Assembly (NCBI GenBank): GCA_964016885.1
Contig: OZ024741.1
Location: forward strand, 197,780,001-197,844,000
DNA from: Eledone cirrhosa
Lineage: Eukaryota
Length of the DNA stretch: 64,000 bases
Direction: 5' to 3'
Position numbers and translations under genes: made by a program. The notes beneath the pieces were generated by a model that was not told the origin of the DNA, did not search any database, and worked only from the letters and a program-made list of their open reading frames with translations. Of the stretch, positions 38,383-52,937 are shown piece by piece (the stretch's first letter is position 1; each line of letters opens with the position of its first letter).

Positions 38383-39629
38383 GCAGGAGGGCAGCTGATC
38401 TCCACAACAGAACACGTTTTCAATGTGTGGTCCCAAACAACAATATCAGGCCGGTTGTGCTTTAATTTGGTGGCAGTTTTTATTTTCAGGTTCCACCAGT
38501 ATTCCTTAGTGCCATCTGTCTCAATATTTTCTTCCTCGTTTGTTGTTTTCCGAAGTGCGTTCCAGATGGTTCTAGCTATCCCATCGTGTCTCATGGGGAG
38601 GTAGTAGCGAGATGACATTCTTTCTCAGCTGGCAACAATGTGGCTTACATCCGCGATCATTGTTTTACATAGCCTACATTTATTGTCAGCTGATGGCCCT
38701 CCCCTTTTGTGTAGCAGATATTTGGTAGGGAGTTCTTGTTCCTGTATTGCATAGAGATATCCCTCAAGGTGTGATGTCATAAACTTGTCGAAACTCCATG
38801 CCAGGCTTTTTGAGTGGTTTATCCCCTCTATGGTCTGTGTTTTACGTCTCAAGTATCCATGCACAACTGTTTCTGTAAATTGGTCAATATTTTCCTCTTG
38901 TTTGAACATTGAATAGGATCTTCCGATTTTTCTGGGTGAGAGATTTATATCAGGCTTTATTTCATATCTCTCCTCCAGATCAGTGGCTATTCTAATGATT
39001 TTTTTTTTCATGCTCATAAACCTGGGCAAGATGGTTGCCAACCTTTTTCCTCTGTTGAAGATGTTGCTTCAGTGTTACTATCCGGGTCTCATATGATGTT
39101 AATATGGATTTTAGACCCCGGCTACCTTCCTTGCGTGAGAAGTATAGCCTATCCACATCACCGTTGATGTTAAAGTTTCCAGTAACACTGAGAAGTTTTC
39201 GAGTTCTAACATCCATCTCACTTAGTTCTTCCAAGTTCAGCAGGCCAAATGTTGTCGTTAGAATTGGCACAGCATAAGTATTGTGGGCAATGTATTTGTT
39301 GTACGCTGACAGTTCTGATGACCATATTTTCTTTACTCTTCTGATGTATTCAGTTCTGGTTCTCTCCTTATTTATGGGTCCATCATATCTGATATTCTCA
39401 TCCTGTCCAAGATATCTGTAGTTGTCACCTGACTGTAGAGGTTGTATTGTCAGACCGTTCTTCTCTAGATTTCTAGAGGAGGGCACAGCTCTTCCACGTT
39501 TTACTGCCAAATATACACACTTCAACTCACGAAATTTCATTTTGATGTCTGTTGAAAATTGTGTAATGGGGTCCAATTGTTTCTTGATGTCATTGATATT
39601 TGGTCCATACAACTTCAGGTCATCAACAA
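38383..39629 (-). mobile_element. Dong/R4-type LINE, third family (Dong-C), internal/3' fragment
   Basis: VDDLKLY...YRYLG...DVDRLYFSRKEGSRGL...AIQEQEL...CRLC...HNRPDIVVWD..VVEISCP. The 5' end abuts the (CATA)n tail of Dong-B. Confidence 0.85.
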
Positions 39630-42600
39630 TATGTATGTATGTATGTTCTTCTGGTTTTATAATTTCACAAATCTTTTTCCAATAGAGAGAGAGTCGGTTT
39701 CTAACATAGACACAAGACTCTATCATTGGAATTTACACAACATCAACTAGATAGATATGTATGTATGTCTGCATGCATGCATGTGTAGATATGGATGTTA
39801 TTGTATGTGTAGATGTGGATGTTTTGAGTTGTATGTGTGCATGTGTATATGCTTTGTATCTGTACATGTGTATATACAGTTATTAGATGCAAAATGTTTG
39901 GAATGTTTTACATATTTTTACTGTTCCATTAATGGATTGTACTTGTAATTTCCTAACTAGCTGTGTTCTTTATGTTCCTGTGACGCCTAGCATCTGAAGA
40001 TTTGTATTGAGGCAGTTACTAACATATCCCAGTGCCCCAATAATCACAGGCATAAATCTGAAGGTGTAATCAGGGTGGAGTATCTGCAGATTTCTCATCA
40101 GTTCTGCATAAATATTCTCCTTTTCGCTAACCTTTGATATTATACTGGCATCTGCTGGGCAGCTAATTTCCACTACTGTGCATGCTTTCTACTCCCTGTC
40201 CCATATCATATCTGGTCTGTTATGCCTGCATTTTATTGGGGTTTTTACTGGAACATTCCACCAATACTCTTTCATAGTATGTACGTGGATGTCTTCCACA
40301 TTACTGTAGCTTTTAATGTGTTTATTATCGGGCTACCTTTTTTATGGATTGCATTGTACAGTGTTTTGACCACTAGATCATGCCTCATAGGTAGATAGTA
40401 CCGCGATGACATCTTTGGACAGCTGCTGATGACATGGGTGATATCTTCGATGTTAGTTCTGCAGAGTCTGCACTTGTTATCACATCTAGGTGTTTTGCCT
40501 GCATCTCTATCTCTTTTGTGAATCAGGTATTTCGTGTTAATCTCCTGTTCCTGGATTGCAAAAGCGTATCCTTCAAGGTGGGAGCCAATATAGCGGTTGT
40601 TGGTCCAAGATAGACTACTTTCCTTATCTATATTACTCTCACTCTGGAGCTTCCTGGCAACATATCCATTTTTTGCTGATAAGCATGCAGTTTTTCATCC
40701 ATGTATTCACTGCGATACTGCTGAGCGACTTCCCTGGGTGTGAGTTTTTGATTATAACACAGAGAATATCTCTCGAGTAGTTCCTTCCCAACTCTTATGA
40801 TCTTATCTGTTTCATGCAGATAGACTTGCTCGAGAGACGGGCTCCTACGCTTCGAGGTTCGTAGATGTTGTCGGGAGGATATGATGCGACATTCAAATGC
40901 TGTCTGGACTGATGTTAGGCCTCTGCCTCCCTGCTTACGTTTCAAATAAAGGCGGTCTATGTCACTGTTGATGTGGAAATTTCCGGTGTTGTTCAGTATT
41001 TTTCGAGTTCCAACATCAACTGCTCGGATTTCGTCTATCGTCCAATTGAGTATTCCAAACGTTGGTGTTAGGACAGGCACAGCAAAAACATTGTGAGCCA
41101 CTGTTTTGTTTTGCGCAGAGAGTTCCGATGACCATATCTTTTTTAATCGGGTGTAGTATTCCCTGGTGACGCGTTCTTTATTACATATACCATTATAGGA
41201 TATGTTCTCATCTATCCCCATGTATCTGTAGCAGTCCTCATCAGATATCGGTGAAACAGTTAGGCCATTGATGACAATGTTGCTAGATTGGGTTGTTGTT
41301 TTTCCCCGCTCTACAGTCATATATGAGCATTTATCTTAGCCAAACTCCATTCATATATCCTTTGAGAACGTTGTACCCAGGTCAAGATTTTTCTTCATCC
41401 CATCCATGATCTTGGCATAGAGTTTCAGATCATCCACATAGGATTGTATTTCTGTCCTCCTGTGAGCCAATGATGTATCCTTCACATTTCTTGAACAGAA
41501 AGGACAAGGGGTTTAATGACAGGATGAATAATATCACAGAGAGACTGTCTCCCTCAAATACGCGATATTTTATTTTATCAGGGAAAATAGAGTCCTCCCT
41601 CTCTGTCTTTAACCTTAGGATAGTAGCCCAAGAAGAAGACAGCTTCTCTATGGCTCTGATAATAATGTCGTGGACTTTAGCAAGTTGGAGTGCCTCTATC
41701 ATCCAAGAGTGGGGAACAGAATCGAAAGCTTTCCTGTAGTCCAACCAGACTGTAGCCATATTCCTCCTAAGTTGTTGCACCTCCAACATCGCAGTTTTGT
41801 TGATTAGGAGTTGTTCAGCACATCCCCAAACCCCTTTCTTTCCAGTTGCTTGTTAATCTGTGATGATGTTATTATTTTCACAGTAATCTTGGAGGAATAG
41901 GTTCAGGCAGGCGGTATACATCTTATAAATCAGGTTCTGGCATGCAATGGGTCGGTAGTTTTTTGCCAAGTGGGTGTCTTTGTTCTTGGAGACCAGTAAT
42001 GTTTGTGCTAATGTCAACCATTCTGGTATAAGTGTATCTCCCTTAAGAACTTGTTGGTAGAGGTCAGTAAGATACCCCCGATAGAATATTAGTTTTTTGT
42101 ACCAGTAGCAGACAATCATTTTTCTTCCTGGTGTTTTCTTATCTTGGAGTTTTCCTATCAGTCTCAAGGCACCCTCACTTATTTCGTATGTTTTTGTTGT
42201 AGTGTAGGAGCAATAGTTCTTTCGGATTTCTTTTAGCCACACTGCATCTTGGTTGAAATTCTTCTTTTCACCCCATATTTTTCTCCAAAAGGAATCTGTC
42301 TTTCTGGGATGGGGCTTCAGTGACATTTATTATTTTGCCCTTCATATCTCTATAGACTGATGTTTGGTTTCGTCTGAATCTTTTATTAAGCACTTTTCTT
42401 TCATCTGCTTTCTTCAGGTATCGGCGTTTTTCGCTAACAGTTATCAATTCTTGTTTGAGGGTGATCAGGTTATATTGAAGAGTTCTGGTTATACTGTTAC
42501 CAAACATCGTCTCTATTTTATTTTTCACTCTTTGTTGGTGACGACTGAGGTTTTTTTCTGTTTGTTTGCATGTAAGGATCATTGTCACATATCCTATGGT

Positions 42601-42830
42601 TTTTCGTAGGTCAGCAATCTTTTTTTCTATTTTATGATGGTATTTTTGGTGGTGTTCTTGTTAATATCTCTGCTTGTTAATATCTCTGCTATCACCAAGA
42701 TAATGCTTCATTGTCGTTGCTAAGGCATAGAAACAGGCGTTGATTTGCCAAAATGTTGGGGGTTTTATCTGTCGTAAATATTCATCCCCTATTTCGTCAA
42801 TAACACGAAATATTTCATTATTTGTTTTTT
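39630..42830 (-). mobile_element. Dong-B LINE, ~3.2 kb 5'-truncated, degenerate RT + RLE
   Basis: NYRPIACQN, WLDYRKAFDSVPH, GDSLSVILF, MDDLKLYAK, DIDRLYLKRKQGGRGL and VEISCPAD motifs. The 3'UTR ends AAAACCAGAAGAA plus (CATA)n. Confidence 0.9.
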
Positions 42831-42835
42831 ATTAG

Positions 42836-43218
42836 GGCGGTGGATTGGCAGTATCGGTAGAGGGTCGGACGCCATGCTTTGCAGCACAGTTACGTCCCTT
42901 TACGATCTGAGTTCAAATCCCGCCGAGGTTGACTTTGCCTTTCATCCTTACGGGGTCGATAAAAATAAAGTACCAGTAATGCACTGGGTAATTGCTGGCC
43001 TTGTGCCTAAAGTAGAAACAATTATTAAAGGCGGTGAATTGGCAGTATCGGTAGAGGGTTGGACGCCATGCTTTCTAGCATAGTTATATCCCTTTATGGT
43101 CTGATTTCAAATCCGCCGAGGTTAACTTTGCCTTTCATCCTTACGGGGTCGATAAAATAAAGTACCAGTAATGTACTGAGTAATTGCTGGCCTTGTGCCA
43201 AACGTAGAAACAATTATT
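42836..43218 (+). mobile_element. Two tandem OR/OK-like SINEs
   Basis: Same A/B-box and core motifs as 13464. Confidence 0.88.
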
Positions 43219-43310
43219 TGTTTTTTATTAAATATTGTCGTTATGTATGTATGTATGTATGTATGTATGTATGTATGTATGTATGTATGTATGTATGTAT
43301 GTATGTATGT

Positions 43311-44123
43311 CAGGTTGCTCTTGAGTGCTACTGGTAACATGTAACCCAGTACAACCTGTCGCATGGTCGGGTCGTCGGCGACTAAATCACCCTCCCCACC
43401 AAGTTTATTTGGCGAGGAGGGTGATTTTGGACACTCTGGAAGACAAAACACAAAACCTGACAAACCGGGCGGAAGAACTCATAAGAGTCAACGGCCATCC
43501 AAAAATGTGTAAATATGTCTATACTTATGTATATATATATATGTGTATGCATGTGTGCCTGTGTATGTATGTGCGCGGGGACATAGAAATAGTCGGGCTG
43601 GATACCCGATCGCGCAGTTAAACCACTGGCAGTGAAGGACCCCCTAGTCTTTGTCAGGGCATTCTTCTAGGAGAAGGCAACTCAGGAAACTGGAATAACT
43701 CCGACATAAAACCTACGGCTCAGTAGTTACCGATGATGTTGAGCTTTTATTCTTTTCGAGTTATAGCTACTGTTGGTAGCCAAGAGTGGGATTGGCTCAG
43801 TGCACAGTTTTTCCGCACTTTAAAAATTATCTTCGCGCACAGGCATTTCACGATAGAATTAATAATTGTTTCTACTTTAGGCACAAGGCCAGCAATTAAC
43901 CAGTACATTACTGGTACTTTATTTTATCGACCCCGTAAGGATGAAAGGCAAAGTTAATCTCGGCGGGATTTGAACTCAGAATGGCAAGGACCGTAACTCT
44001 ATGCGTCAAAGCATGACGTCCGACCCTCTACCGATACTGCCAATCCACCGTTAATAATTATTAATAATGGTATATCGTGCAATGGCCCTATGAAGGAGAA
44101 GCCATGATGTATGTATGTATGTA
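43311..44123 (+). mobile_element. RTE-derived bipartite element (family E), longest copy, with a nested SINE at 43863-44051 (-)
   Basis: Flanked by (TATG)n; CTAGGAGAAGGCAACTC motif. Homologous to 12437-12820, which lacks the SINE (empty site). Confidence 0.65.
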
Positions 44124-45699
44124 CCCGGAACATTTGATGGAGTCGTAGTGGGGGCGCTGTTGTGACATATGGCGTTTCATGGACAGATTAAATCTAGTGG
44201 AGCTCATCTCTATCTAGTTCTAAACACAGCCGATTTCTTCCAGAGAAGGATAAAAGAGAAAAGAGATATCAACGAAGAATCGACTCCAGTACTGGGCTGG
44301 TAAGTTTGTATCGACCTTAAGAGAAAAAAACAAACTTGACTTCAGGAAGATTTAAAACCATAGGGTGAGTCGAAAAGACTACCTTAAAGCACCGACATTT
44401 TAATAATAAGCTTTTTCATAAGAAAGGCAAGAGAAAAAAATTGGAATTGATTAAAAATTGAATGGGGTCAGGCAAGTATGGAAGGGGACTTTATCTTTGC
44501 TGTGTATGGTGCCGACTCCGGACATGTTTCGGTCTCATTAGGTTTCCTCCGCAAAACGTAGTCGTATCATTATTTTCCAGTCCTTAAAAGAAAATATATG
44601 GGAATCCTAAGGAAGTTCTTCTACGTCTTCAAACGCTTAGAAACTCCCTCGCTTTGAGATCTTATACAATGCTACTGAGTTTTCAAATTATAAGTGGATA
44701 CTAAAGTAAATTATGTACATACGTGTGTATGTGTTTACGCTTGCATGAGTGTGTGCCTGTGTGTCTGTGTAACAATATAAAGAAGAATTGGTAGATTAAC
44801 GGATGACAAATTTACAACATTTGACAGACATAAAAATGCAACCCTTTAATCCAACCGAATAAGATACTGAAATAGAAAATAATTAAATAAAAGCTAGAAA
44901 AGAAACCAAGAAAGTGATAGTAAATGATTAGTATGCCACACAGAAAATTCAGTCATTGTCATGTGACAGTAAAAAGCTGTTCTAATTTTATTGGAATCCT
45001 TATTGTTTTTCAGTAATTTTAAATGTCACATTAGCTTGAAACATAGTTACTAATTTTAAATTAATATACTAGTAGTTCAGAACCGTCAATAATGACAGCA
45101 ATAGAGTTGAATGTATTTAATTTGTTGAATCCAGGATTCATATGCTATATATACTAGGATTACTGAATATGTGAACAATCATACAAACTGGAAAATTTGC
45201 GTTTTTATAAATGTATGGCTTGCATAAGAGAAACCGTATAGTTTATATTGATTACTGGCATATGAAAGTGATTAAAGACAAAAATGATATTTTAATCATT
45301 TATTTCTAGTACATAAATATTTAGTATGTTATTGTAGCAACATAACTGAGATAGAAAATGCATTGTGTCTGTATGTTTGTGTGTATAACTTTTAAATGGT
45401 TACAGGTGGAGATATATACAAACACACTCGGCGTATTATTGTGGTTGATAATCTTTTATCACATGGACACAATGTTTTGTATTTGGAGTGGAGGATATAG
45501 CCGATTGAATTGACTCTGTTATATTACTGGTATTTATTTTATTGACTTAACCACTTCGGAGAAGTGACAGAGTCAACATGGAAACATTTGAACTCATAAA
45601 TTAAGGTATCATACCTAAATGGTATATGCCGTTTGCTCGGCGTCCAGACGATTCTATTAATACTCCTCCTGTTTATTAAATAATGATAATTTCTAACGT

Positions 45700-45900
45700 A
45701 GCTACAAAGCTTCACGAAATACCAACTCCCGTATTTGCCGTTTCCGGCAATATGAAATGACGAGAATCTTAGCCAAGACTAATATATATAAAATCGCATC
45801 AGGCCGGTGCTTATCATTTTCAGCTGAGTATACTGGAGTAACGTGAAATGAAGTGTTTTGCTCAAGAACACATCACACAACTCACGACGTTATGATCGTG
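45700..45900 (-). mobile_element. CORE-type SINE remnant
   Basis: Minus strand TGTGTTCTTGAGCAAAACACTTCATTTCACGTTACTCCAGT...CAGCTG. Confidence 0.55.
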
Positions 45901-45959
45901 TCCAATACACTGCACCTTCACACTTCACACACACACAACATATATATATAGTAAAAGAG

Positions 45960-46178
45960 TTCAGAATAAATAAACCGTATTGTACAGCCAACCACGTTAT
46001 TTATCACGCTTTTACTATTATTACTCCAAGAACCGCCTTCCTAGGAAATTTCTTAAACCGGCCACCCGACTAAGGAAACCACTTGTTGAGTAAAACAACG
46101 CCGAACGTTAAAACTATTCTCGATACGGAGTACTCATAACCTCTACTTGGATTACCTTAAACGATATCTTGTTATTTT
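45960..46178 (+). mobile_element. Family C 3' end + tail
   Basis: Homologous to 8146-8360. Confidence 0.7.
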
Positions 46179-46197
46179 ATATATATATAAAATAACA

Positions 46198-46237
<40 letters not shown>

Positions 46238-46238
<1 letters not shown>

Positions 46239-46643
46239 GATTCTAACTCTGAAATAGCAATGTAAACATGAATGTATGTATAGTATATTTGGCAATATAC
46301 CGTATGTTTAATTAAAAACATTTAGAAGACCATACGCTATCAGTTTTAAAGTAGTGACTATGTCACTATTTCAGAGCACCAATCCTAGTTCCTAATTTTT
46401 GCTGGACCGGTAATCTCTCTGTATAATCAGCTCCTGATTATTACTGGAATTCTATAAGAATCCAGCTTCTATAATTTTCGGCGGAAACAGGGGAGCGCGT
46501 GGTTCTGATGAACGCCAAAGCGTGAAACAGACTGTCAACCTCTCTCTTTCTTTCGCCGAAAATAAGTAAGTGACATATTCACTACTTTAAAACTGATAGC
46601 GTATGGTGTTCTAAATGCTTTTATTTAAACATACGGTATATTG

Positions 46644-46650
<7 letters not shown>
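46238..46650. mobile_element. Fold-back element (family G) containing a compact HHR
   Basis: 46291-46367 is inverted at 46569-46648; (TA)n flanks. Confidence 0.72.
46501..46540 (+). ncRNA. Compact canonical type I hammerhead ribozyme
   Basis: GGTT-CTGATGA-ACGC-CAAA-GCGT-GAAAC-AGACT-GTC-AACC; complete core, with GUC cleavage triplet. Confidence 0.9.
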
Positions 46651-46699
<49 letters not shown>

Positions 46700-47876
46700 C
46701 AAGATCTAACATGAACAGGCAGTGGAAAGTATTGGTCTGCTATATTGGTCTGCTAGCTCATTTAGGGGTATTACTTATATTTTTCCGTATTCCTAATGCA
46801 TTGTTTCTAACTAGACATTTTGTAAAGAACAATTGTGTATATACGTATACGTACATATATACAGGAAGGCTGAGAAATAGGAAGAAATACAATAGAGATT
46901 GAAAAAGAACTGTATTCAGATACATACCACAAATATAGTTATATTATCTACTTCATGCATAGACTATACCATTCCCACTTTTTTTTCATTGATAAAAATT
47001 TTATGAAGAAGTATATGCATTTTCTCTTAAAATTCCAACGTCACTCTTGGAGCGATATACCAACTTACGTCAAGTGAAACAAGAGTCTGTCAAATTGTCT
47101 CTTTTACTATTCTATCTCTGACGCTACTTACTATGACGTCCAGGCTAGCGGATCTAAATTATTCAGCTAAGCGTGTAATTGAGGATAACTTGAATGTTTT
47201 CTATGTGTATGCAGCTAAACAATTAACAGCGACTGAGAAGGACAAATAATTTGGTGAAAACCACTCAGATTGTTTATTTCCATCCTGGTAATGATTTTTT
47301 TAATAATATTTGACAGAATGGGGAGGTGGAGAAGAGGAACGATAAAGCACGGGATTAAATACATTACTCTACAATATTTAAATTTATTCTTGAAAGTTCT
47401 GGGTTGAAAAAAAAATCAAGATTTACATTTCTTAAGATTCTTTTAAACGCCTGGAACACACATCAGTTTCGATGGAATGGAATTCCTGATATTCGATCAA
47501 CGAAGTATTTATTCCTTACACTATAGTATAAGTCGCCGCGTATTTCACATAGAATTGTAACCTTAAAGTGATCTTTACTCAGTTTCAACTTATAACAATT
47601 TATGTATTAGATCATTTGAATTTGTCTAACAGTTTGCACAGGTTTTCTCGCTAACCAATTTTACTCATAAGGCTTAGGTCAGTACCGCAATATTATGATA
47701 ACAGACATTTGCAGAAAATGTCTTGCAATGGAATAAAATATTAAAAATTGTTATTGAAATGCGAACTTCTAAATCATTAGGTTACTTGCATATATGCTAT
47801 GAAACAATTACCGATAAAATCATTGCATTAGTTTCAATCGAATAACTCCTTCCCTTTCTTGCGTAATAATGTGCCT

Positions 47877-48055
47877 TTCTGAAAAATGAATATATATGTG
47901 AATATATTTCTGAAAAATGAATATATATGTGAATATATTTCTGAAAAATGAATATATATGTGAATATATTTCTGAAAAATGAATATATATGTGAATATAT
48001 TTCTGAAAATGAATATATATGTGAATATATTTCTGAAAAATGAATATATATGTGA
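47877..48055 (+). repeat. Minisatellite, 31-bp unit TTCTGAAAAATGAATATATATGTGAATATAT
   Basis: About 5.7 near-identical copies. Confidence 0.92.
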
Positions 48056-48650
48056 AGTCCTAAGCAATAGAACTTTACAAGATTTAATTTGCCTCTACAT
48101 ATTCACTGTTCAAATCCTTTCCATTACTCTGTACCCGCAAAATTACACACTTCAGAAATTATACAACTATATACCCGCCCTCAGAATTTAGCCTGAAGAA
48201 ATCAAAATCTATTTAGACGATGATGGCACTACAAAATATTTCATTTACATTTCAATTTTGATTTCTAACCTTCTAAGTTAACCAAATAAGTACCAGTAAT
48301 AAACCATTAATAATTGATTCAATTGATTATACATCATCCCTAAAAATATATGATATTGTGTTAATATAAAAAAAATAATTTAGGAACCGCCAAGTAAAGT
48401 ACGTAAATCTGAGCTGAGCTAGCTTCGAATTGCCATAGAAGCCAATTCACTTCCTTTGCGTCACTGAGAAATACCCAGAGATTTGAACATAAATAAAAGA
48501 TCAATATACACTTTAGGTAGAATCATGCACTCTGGAAAAGTGTTAATCTTCAGAACAGCTAGGTCTTTGACTATAACGATTTGGTGCACTCTTACCTCAT
48601 TAATGTATCAGGCAGTTGGTAGATACCTTCTCGTATTACATGCTTTAAAA

Positions 48651-50032
48651 AGGCGGAGGTTTGACAAAATAGTTAGAATGGCGAACTAAATGCTTTGTGG
48701 CATTTAGTTACAACCCTTTGTGTCCTGAGTTGAAATCCTGTCGGGATCAACTTTGCTTTTTCTCCTTCTAGGTCGATAAACTAAACACCAGTCATGTACT
48801 AAAATAGATTTACTCGAGTTTTCTCCTCTTCCAAAACTGTTAGCCTTGTGCCTGTGGATTGGCAGTGTTGGTAGAGGGCCAAACGCCATGCTTTGACGCA
48901 TAGAGTTACGGCCCTTGCTATTCTGAGTCCAAATCCCGCCGAGGTTAACTTTGCCTTTCATCCTTACGGGGTCGATAAAATAAAGTACCAGTAATACACT
49001 GGTTAATTGCTGGCCTTGTGCCTAACGTAGAAACAATTATTGTATTCTTAAAACTTAGAAATGTTGTTTACCTCTAACTATGTAGCATTTACATATGTAG
49101 CTGCCAACTTCAACTGATATAACCCTTAGCCACCTAAAATAAGGTTTTGATTTAGGCACAAGGCCAATAATTTAGAGGGAGGATAAAATGGATTACACCG
49201 TCCCTAGTGCATTACTAATACTTTGTCTTATCGGCTCCGTAAGGATGAAAAGTAAAGTTAACCTCAGCGGGATTCGAAAATGCCATGTAAACGGACTTAG
49301 ATCTATGCCGCAAAACATGTTGTCAGATGCTCTACCGATACTGCCAATCTCCTGCCCTAAGTCGTCTATAATAATAACAGCAACAATATGAAATATTTGC
49401 CAAAATGGCACGCGTTTGAGGATCTATTTAAAGTATATACAAGCATTTCTCATCTGTGGATTTCACTGAAAATAAATCTATATACTATTGAACAAATATA
49501 TTGTTTCTACTTTAGGCACAAGGCCAGCAATTACCCAGTGCATTACTGGTACTTTATTTTATCGACCCCGTAAGGATGAAAGGCAAAGTCAATTTCGGCG
49601 GGATTTGAACTCAGATCATAAAGGGACGTAACTATGCTGGAAAGCATGGCGTCCGACCCTCTACCGATACTGCCAATCCACCGCCCTCTTGAACGCTACT
49701 ATTGAACAAATATATTGACCGAATGTTGTAGTTGCTACATAAATCTTAAATAGAAACGAGGAAAGTATCTATTTTCACTTGATACAAATATTGCAGCAGT
49801 TATATCCTAGTTGAGTTTAGAGTCCTACTTATAATATTTATTATAATGATTTTATCATCAAATGTCTGTAGATGTGTAAGTTGAGATTTTCCTTCTATTC
49901 ATCTCAATTCACATTATTTTCTAGTCTTCGTTTCGTTTTTCTCGGTACTAGAATTGCATTATCTTTCATTTTCTCCCTCTCCCTCACTCACTCTTTCTCA
50001 CACACGTGTGCACACATACACACACATACATA

Positions 50033-50099
<67 letters not shown>

Positions 50100-50328
50100 C
50101 AAGCATTTCTCATCTGTGGATTTCACTGAAAATAAATGTATATACTATTGAACAAATATATTGTTTCTACTTTAGGCACAAGGCCAGCAATTACCCAGTG
50201 CATTACTGGTACTTTATTTTATCGACCCCGTAAGGATGAAAGGCAAAGTCAACCTCGGCGGGATTTGAACTCAGATCATAAAGGGACGTAACTATGCTGG
50301 AAAGCATGGCGTCCGACCCTCTACCGAT
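48651..50328. mobile_element. Cluster of five OR/OK-like SINEs (48651-48853 +, 48855-49040 +, 49145-49357 -, 49501-49686 -, 50161-50328 -)
   Basis: SINE motifs. 49433-49670 is directly duplicated at 50093-50328, including unique flank. Confidence 0.82.
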
Positions 50329-50373
50329 ATATATATATATATATACACATATACATTAATATATATATATATG

Positions 50374-50428
<55 letters not shown>

Positions 50429-50430
<2 letters not shown>

Positions 50431-52937
50431 AACGAGTAGGTCCCCGACAACTGAGCTCAAGCCATTTCGACGGCTAATTCTGGACTAAATAAAAATTTAG
50501 ATTTTTTATATTTGAATAGCCGAGCTTCTGAGGGGGTAATTCCATATATGGTAAAAGTGATTGTCACAAGGATTGGTCAAAAGTTTGTTGTTGAGACATA
50601 ATAATTCTATCATGGCAATTTGTAGAGGGAAGGGGTAGCTGAACCTGCAAGTAGAAGAAAGAGGGAGAGGGGTTGGAGGAAACCCAGTCGTGGTGCGTTG
50701 ATAGTGCCAACTACAGCTGGGCATGAGGTCAAAGAAGATACTAGGGGGGAGGGGGAGGAAGTCGAAACAATAAGTAAAACAGTATGGGTTAAATATATAG
50801 AGAAATACCGGGAGTGTTAAAAAACAATTAAATGTAAAAAAAAAATTTAAAAAAAAAACAATTTCTGGTTACTATAACCTAAGGACAGCTATCAAGTCTC
50901 TCACTGGTACTGCTAGACTAAAGAAAGGTTTACTAGGTGGGACGGAATTATAATGAGACCCTTTTAAGAGGTATAAGTAAACAACTGAATATATCTTACG
51001 GTGACGGGTCAACAAGTGGGGGGCCAAAATACTAAAGAAACTACCACGAAATACTAATTCAGAGTCCCGAGACCAGTACGAAATAAAGGTTTCTACCCCA
51101 GGCACAAGGCCAGCAACCACCCAGTGCAAAAAAAAAAAAAACTAATACGAAATAATAATTCAGAATCCCGAAAAAGAAAACTAATACTATCTCTAAGGGT
51201 GCCGCCACGATACAAAAATTCTAGTGCAAACTACATAAATGCTCGTACGAAGTATATGTAAAATTTGATACGGAAAATTCATTCAGAACCCCCCCCCCCC
51301 CCCCCACCCACCCCAGGAAAATAAATACTGATAAACGAGAAATTAAAGCAAAGATACCACTAAGAAATATAGAAAGCACGGAAAAGGGGCAGCCATCGGA
51401 TAAGAAGGCAAGTAACACATCTGCTATTAAAAGCGGCATCGGCCAAATCTATCATAGAATAGGGGAAGAGGGTGGGGGTACTGAGGCTACAAAGGACCGA
51501 AGGGCTGCCTCGGGTGGGCGAGAAAGTAACAGGACGACGACAAAGAAAGAGGACTGGGGTGGAAGGACTAGGGAGGGATGGGGGGAAGAAGGAAATATAG
51601 AGGAAGTGATAAAAAGATATAAAAGAAGATCTTAGGTCTACCTTAGCAAGCAGGGGTTACCCATTGCAAAATCTGTAAGTGGGGTGTTATAGCCCTAGTC
51701 TACCCCCCCAACCCCGGGTCATTATGGGGTTTGAGGGCGAGGTAAGTCCTACGCAATCTGTGTTTACATGCAGTTACCAGTTCATCTTTCTTCTTTAGGA
51801 GTTAGCCCGTCGAAAACAACATTTGTAAAGTTTCCTCCGATGCCGCTTTTTATAGCAGATGTGTTAGACCCCGGATACTTGCCTTCTTATCCGATGACTG
51901 CCCCTTTTCCGTGCTTTCTATATTTCTTAGTGGTATCTTTGCTTTAATTTCTCGTTTATCAGTATTTATTTTTCTGGGGTGGGTGGGTGGGGGGGGGGGG
52001 GGGGGGTTCTGAATGAATTTTCCGTATCAAATTTTACATATACTTCGTACGAGCATTTATGTAGTTTGCACTAGAATTTTTGTATCGTGGCGGCACCCTT
52101 AGAGATAGTATTAGTTTTCTTTTTCGGGATTCTGAATTATTATTTCGTATTAGTTTTTTTTTTTTTCGCACTGGGTGGTTGCTGGCCTTGTGCCTGGGGT
52201 AGAAACCTTTATTTCGTACTGGTCTCGGGACTCTGAATTATTATTTCGTGGTAGTTTCTTTAGTATTTTGGCCCCCACACTTGTTGACCCGTCACCGTAA
52301 GATATATTCGGTTGTTTACTTATACCTCTTAAAAGAGTCTCATTATAATTCCGTCCCACCTAGTAAACCTTTCTTTAGTCTAGCTGTACCAGTGAGAGAC
52401 TTGATAGCTGTCCTTAGGTTATAGTAACCAGAAATTGTTTTTTTTTTTTAATTTTTTACATTTAATTGATTTTTAACACTCCCGGTTTTTCTCTATATAT
52501 TTACCCCATACTGTTTTACTTATTGTTTCGACTCCCCCCCCCCTAGTATCTTCTTTGACTTCATGCCCAGCTGTAGTTGGCACTATCAACGCACCACGAC
52601 TGGGTTTCCTCCACCCCCTCTCCCTCTTTCTTCTACTTGCAGGTTCAGCTACCCCTTCCCTCCACAAATTGCCATGATAGAATTATTATGTCTCAACAAC
52701 AAACTTTTGACCAATCCTTGTGACAATCACTTTTACCATATATGGAATTACCCCCTCAGAAGCTCGGCTATTCAAATATAAAAAATCTAAATTTTTATTT
52801 AGTCCAGAATTAGCCGTCGAAATGGCTTGAGCTCAGCCGTCGGGGTCCTACTCGTTCCTATTACCCACTCTACTACCCTAAGTATTGAGTACTTTGGTGC
52901 GTTATGGTCCACCTGGTTCCTTACCATATTTCCTTCG

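Noticed and set aside
47877-48055. 31-bp repeats of CRISPR-like length (also the 37-bp repeats at 14741)
   Set aside because: Contiguous units with no unique spacers, eukaryotic context and no cas genes; ordinary minisatellites.
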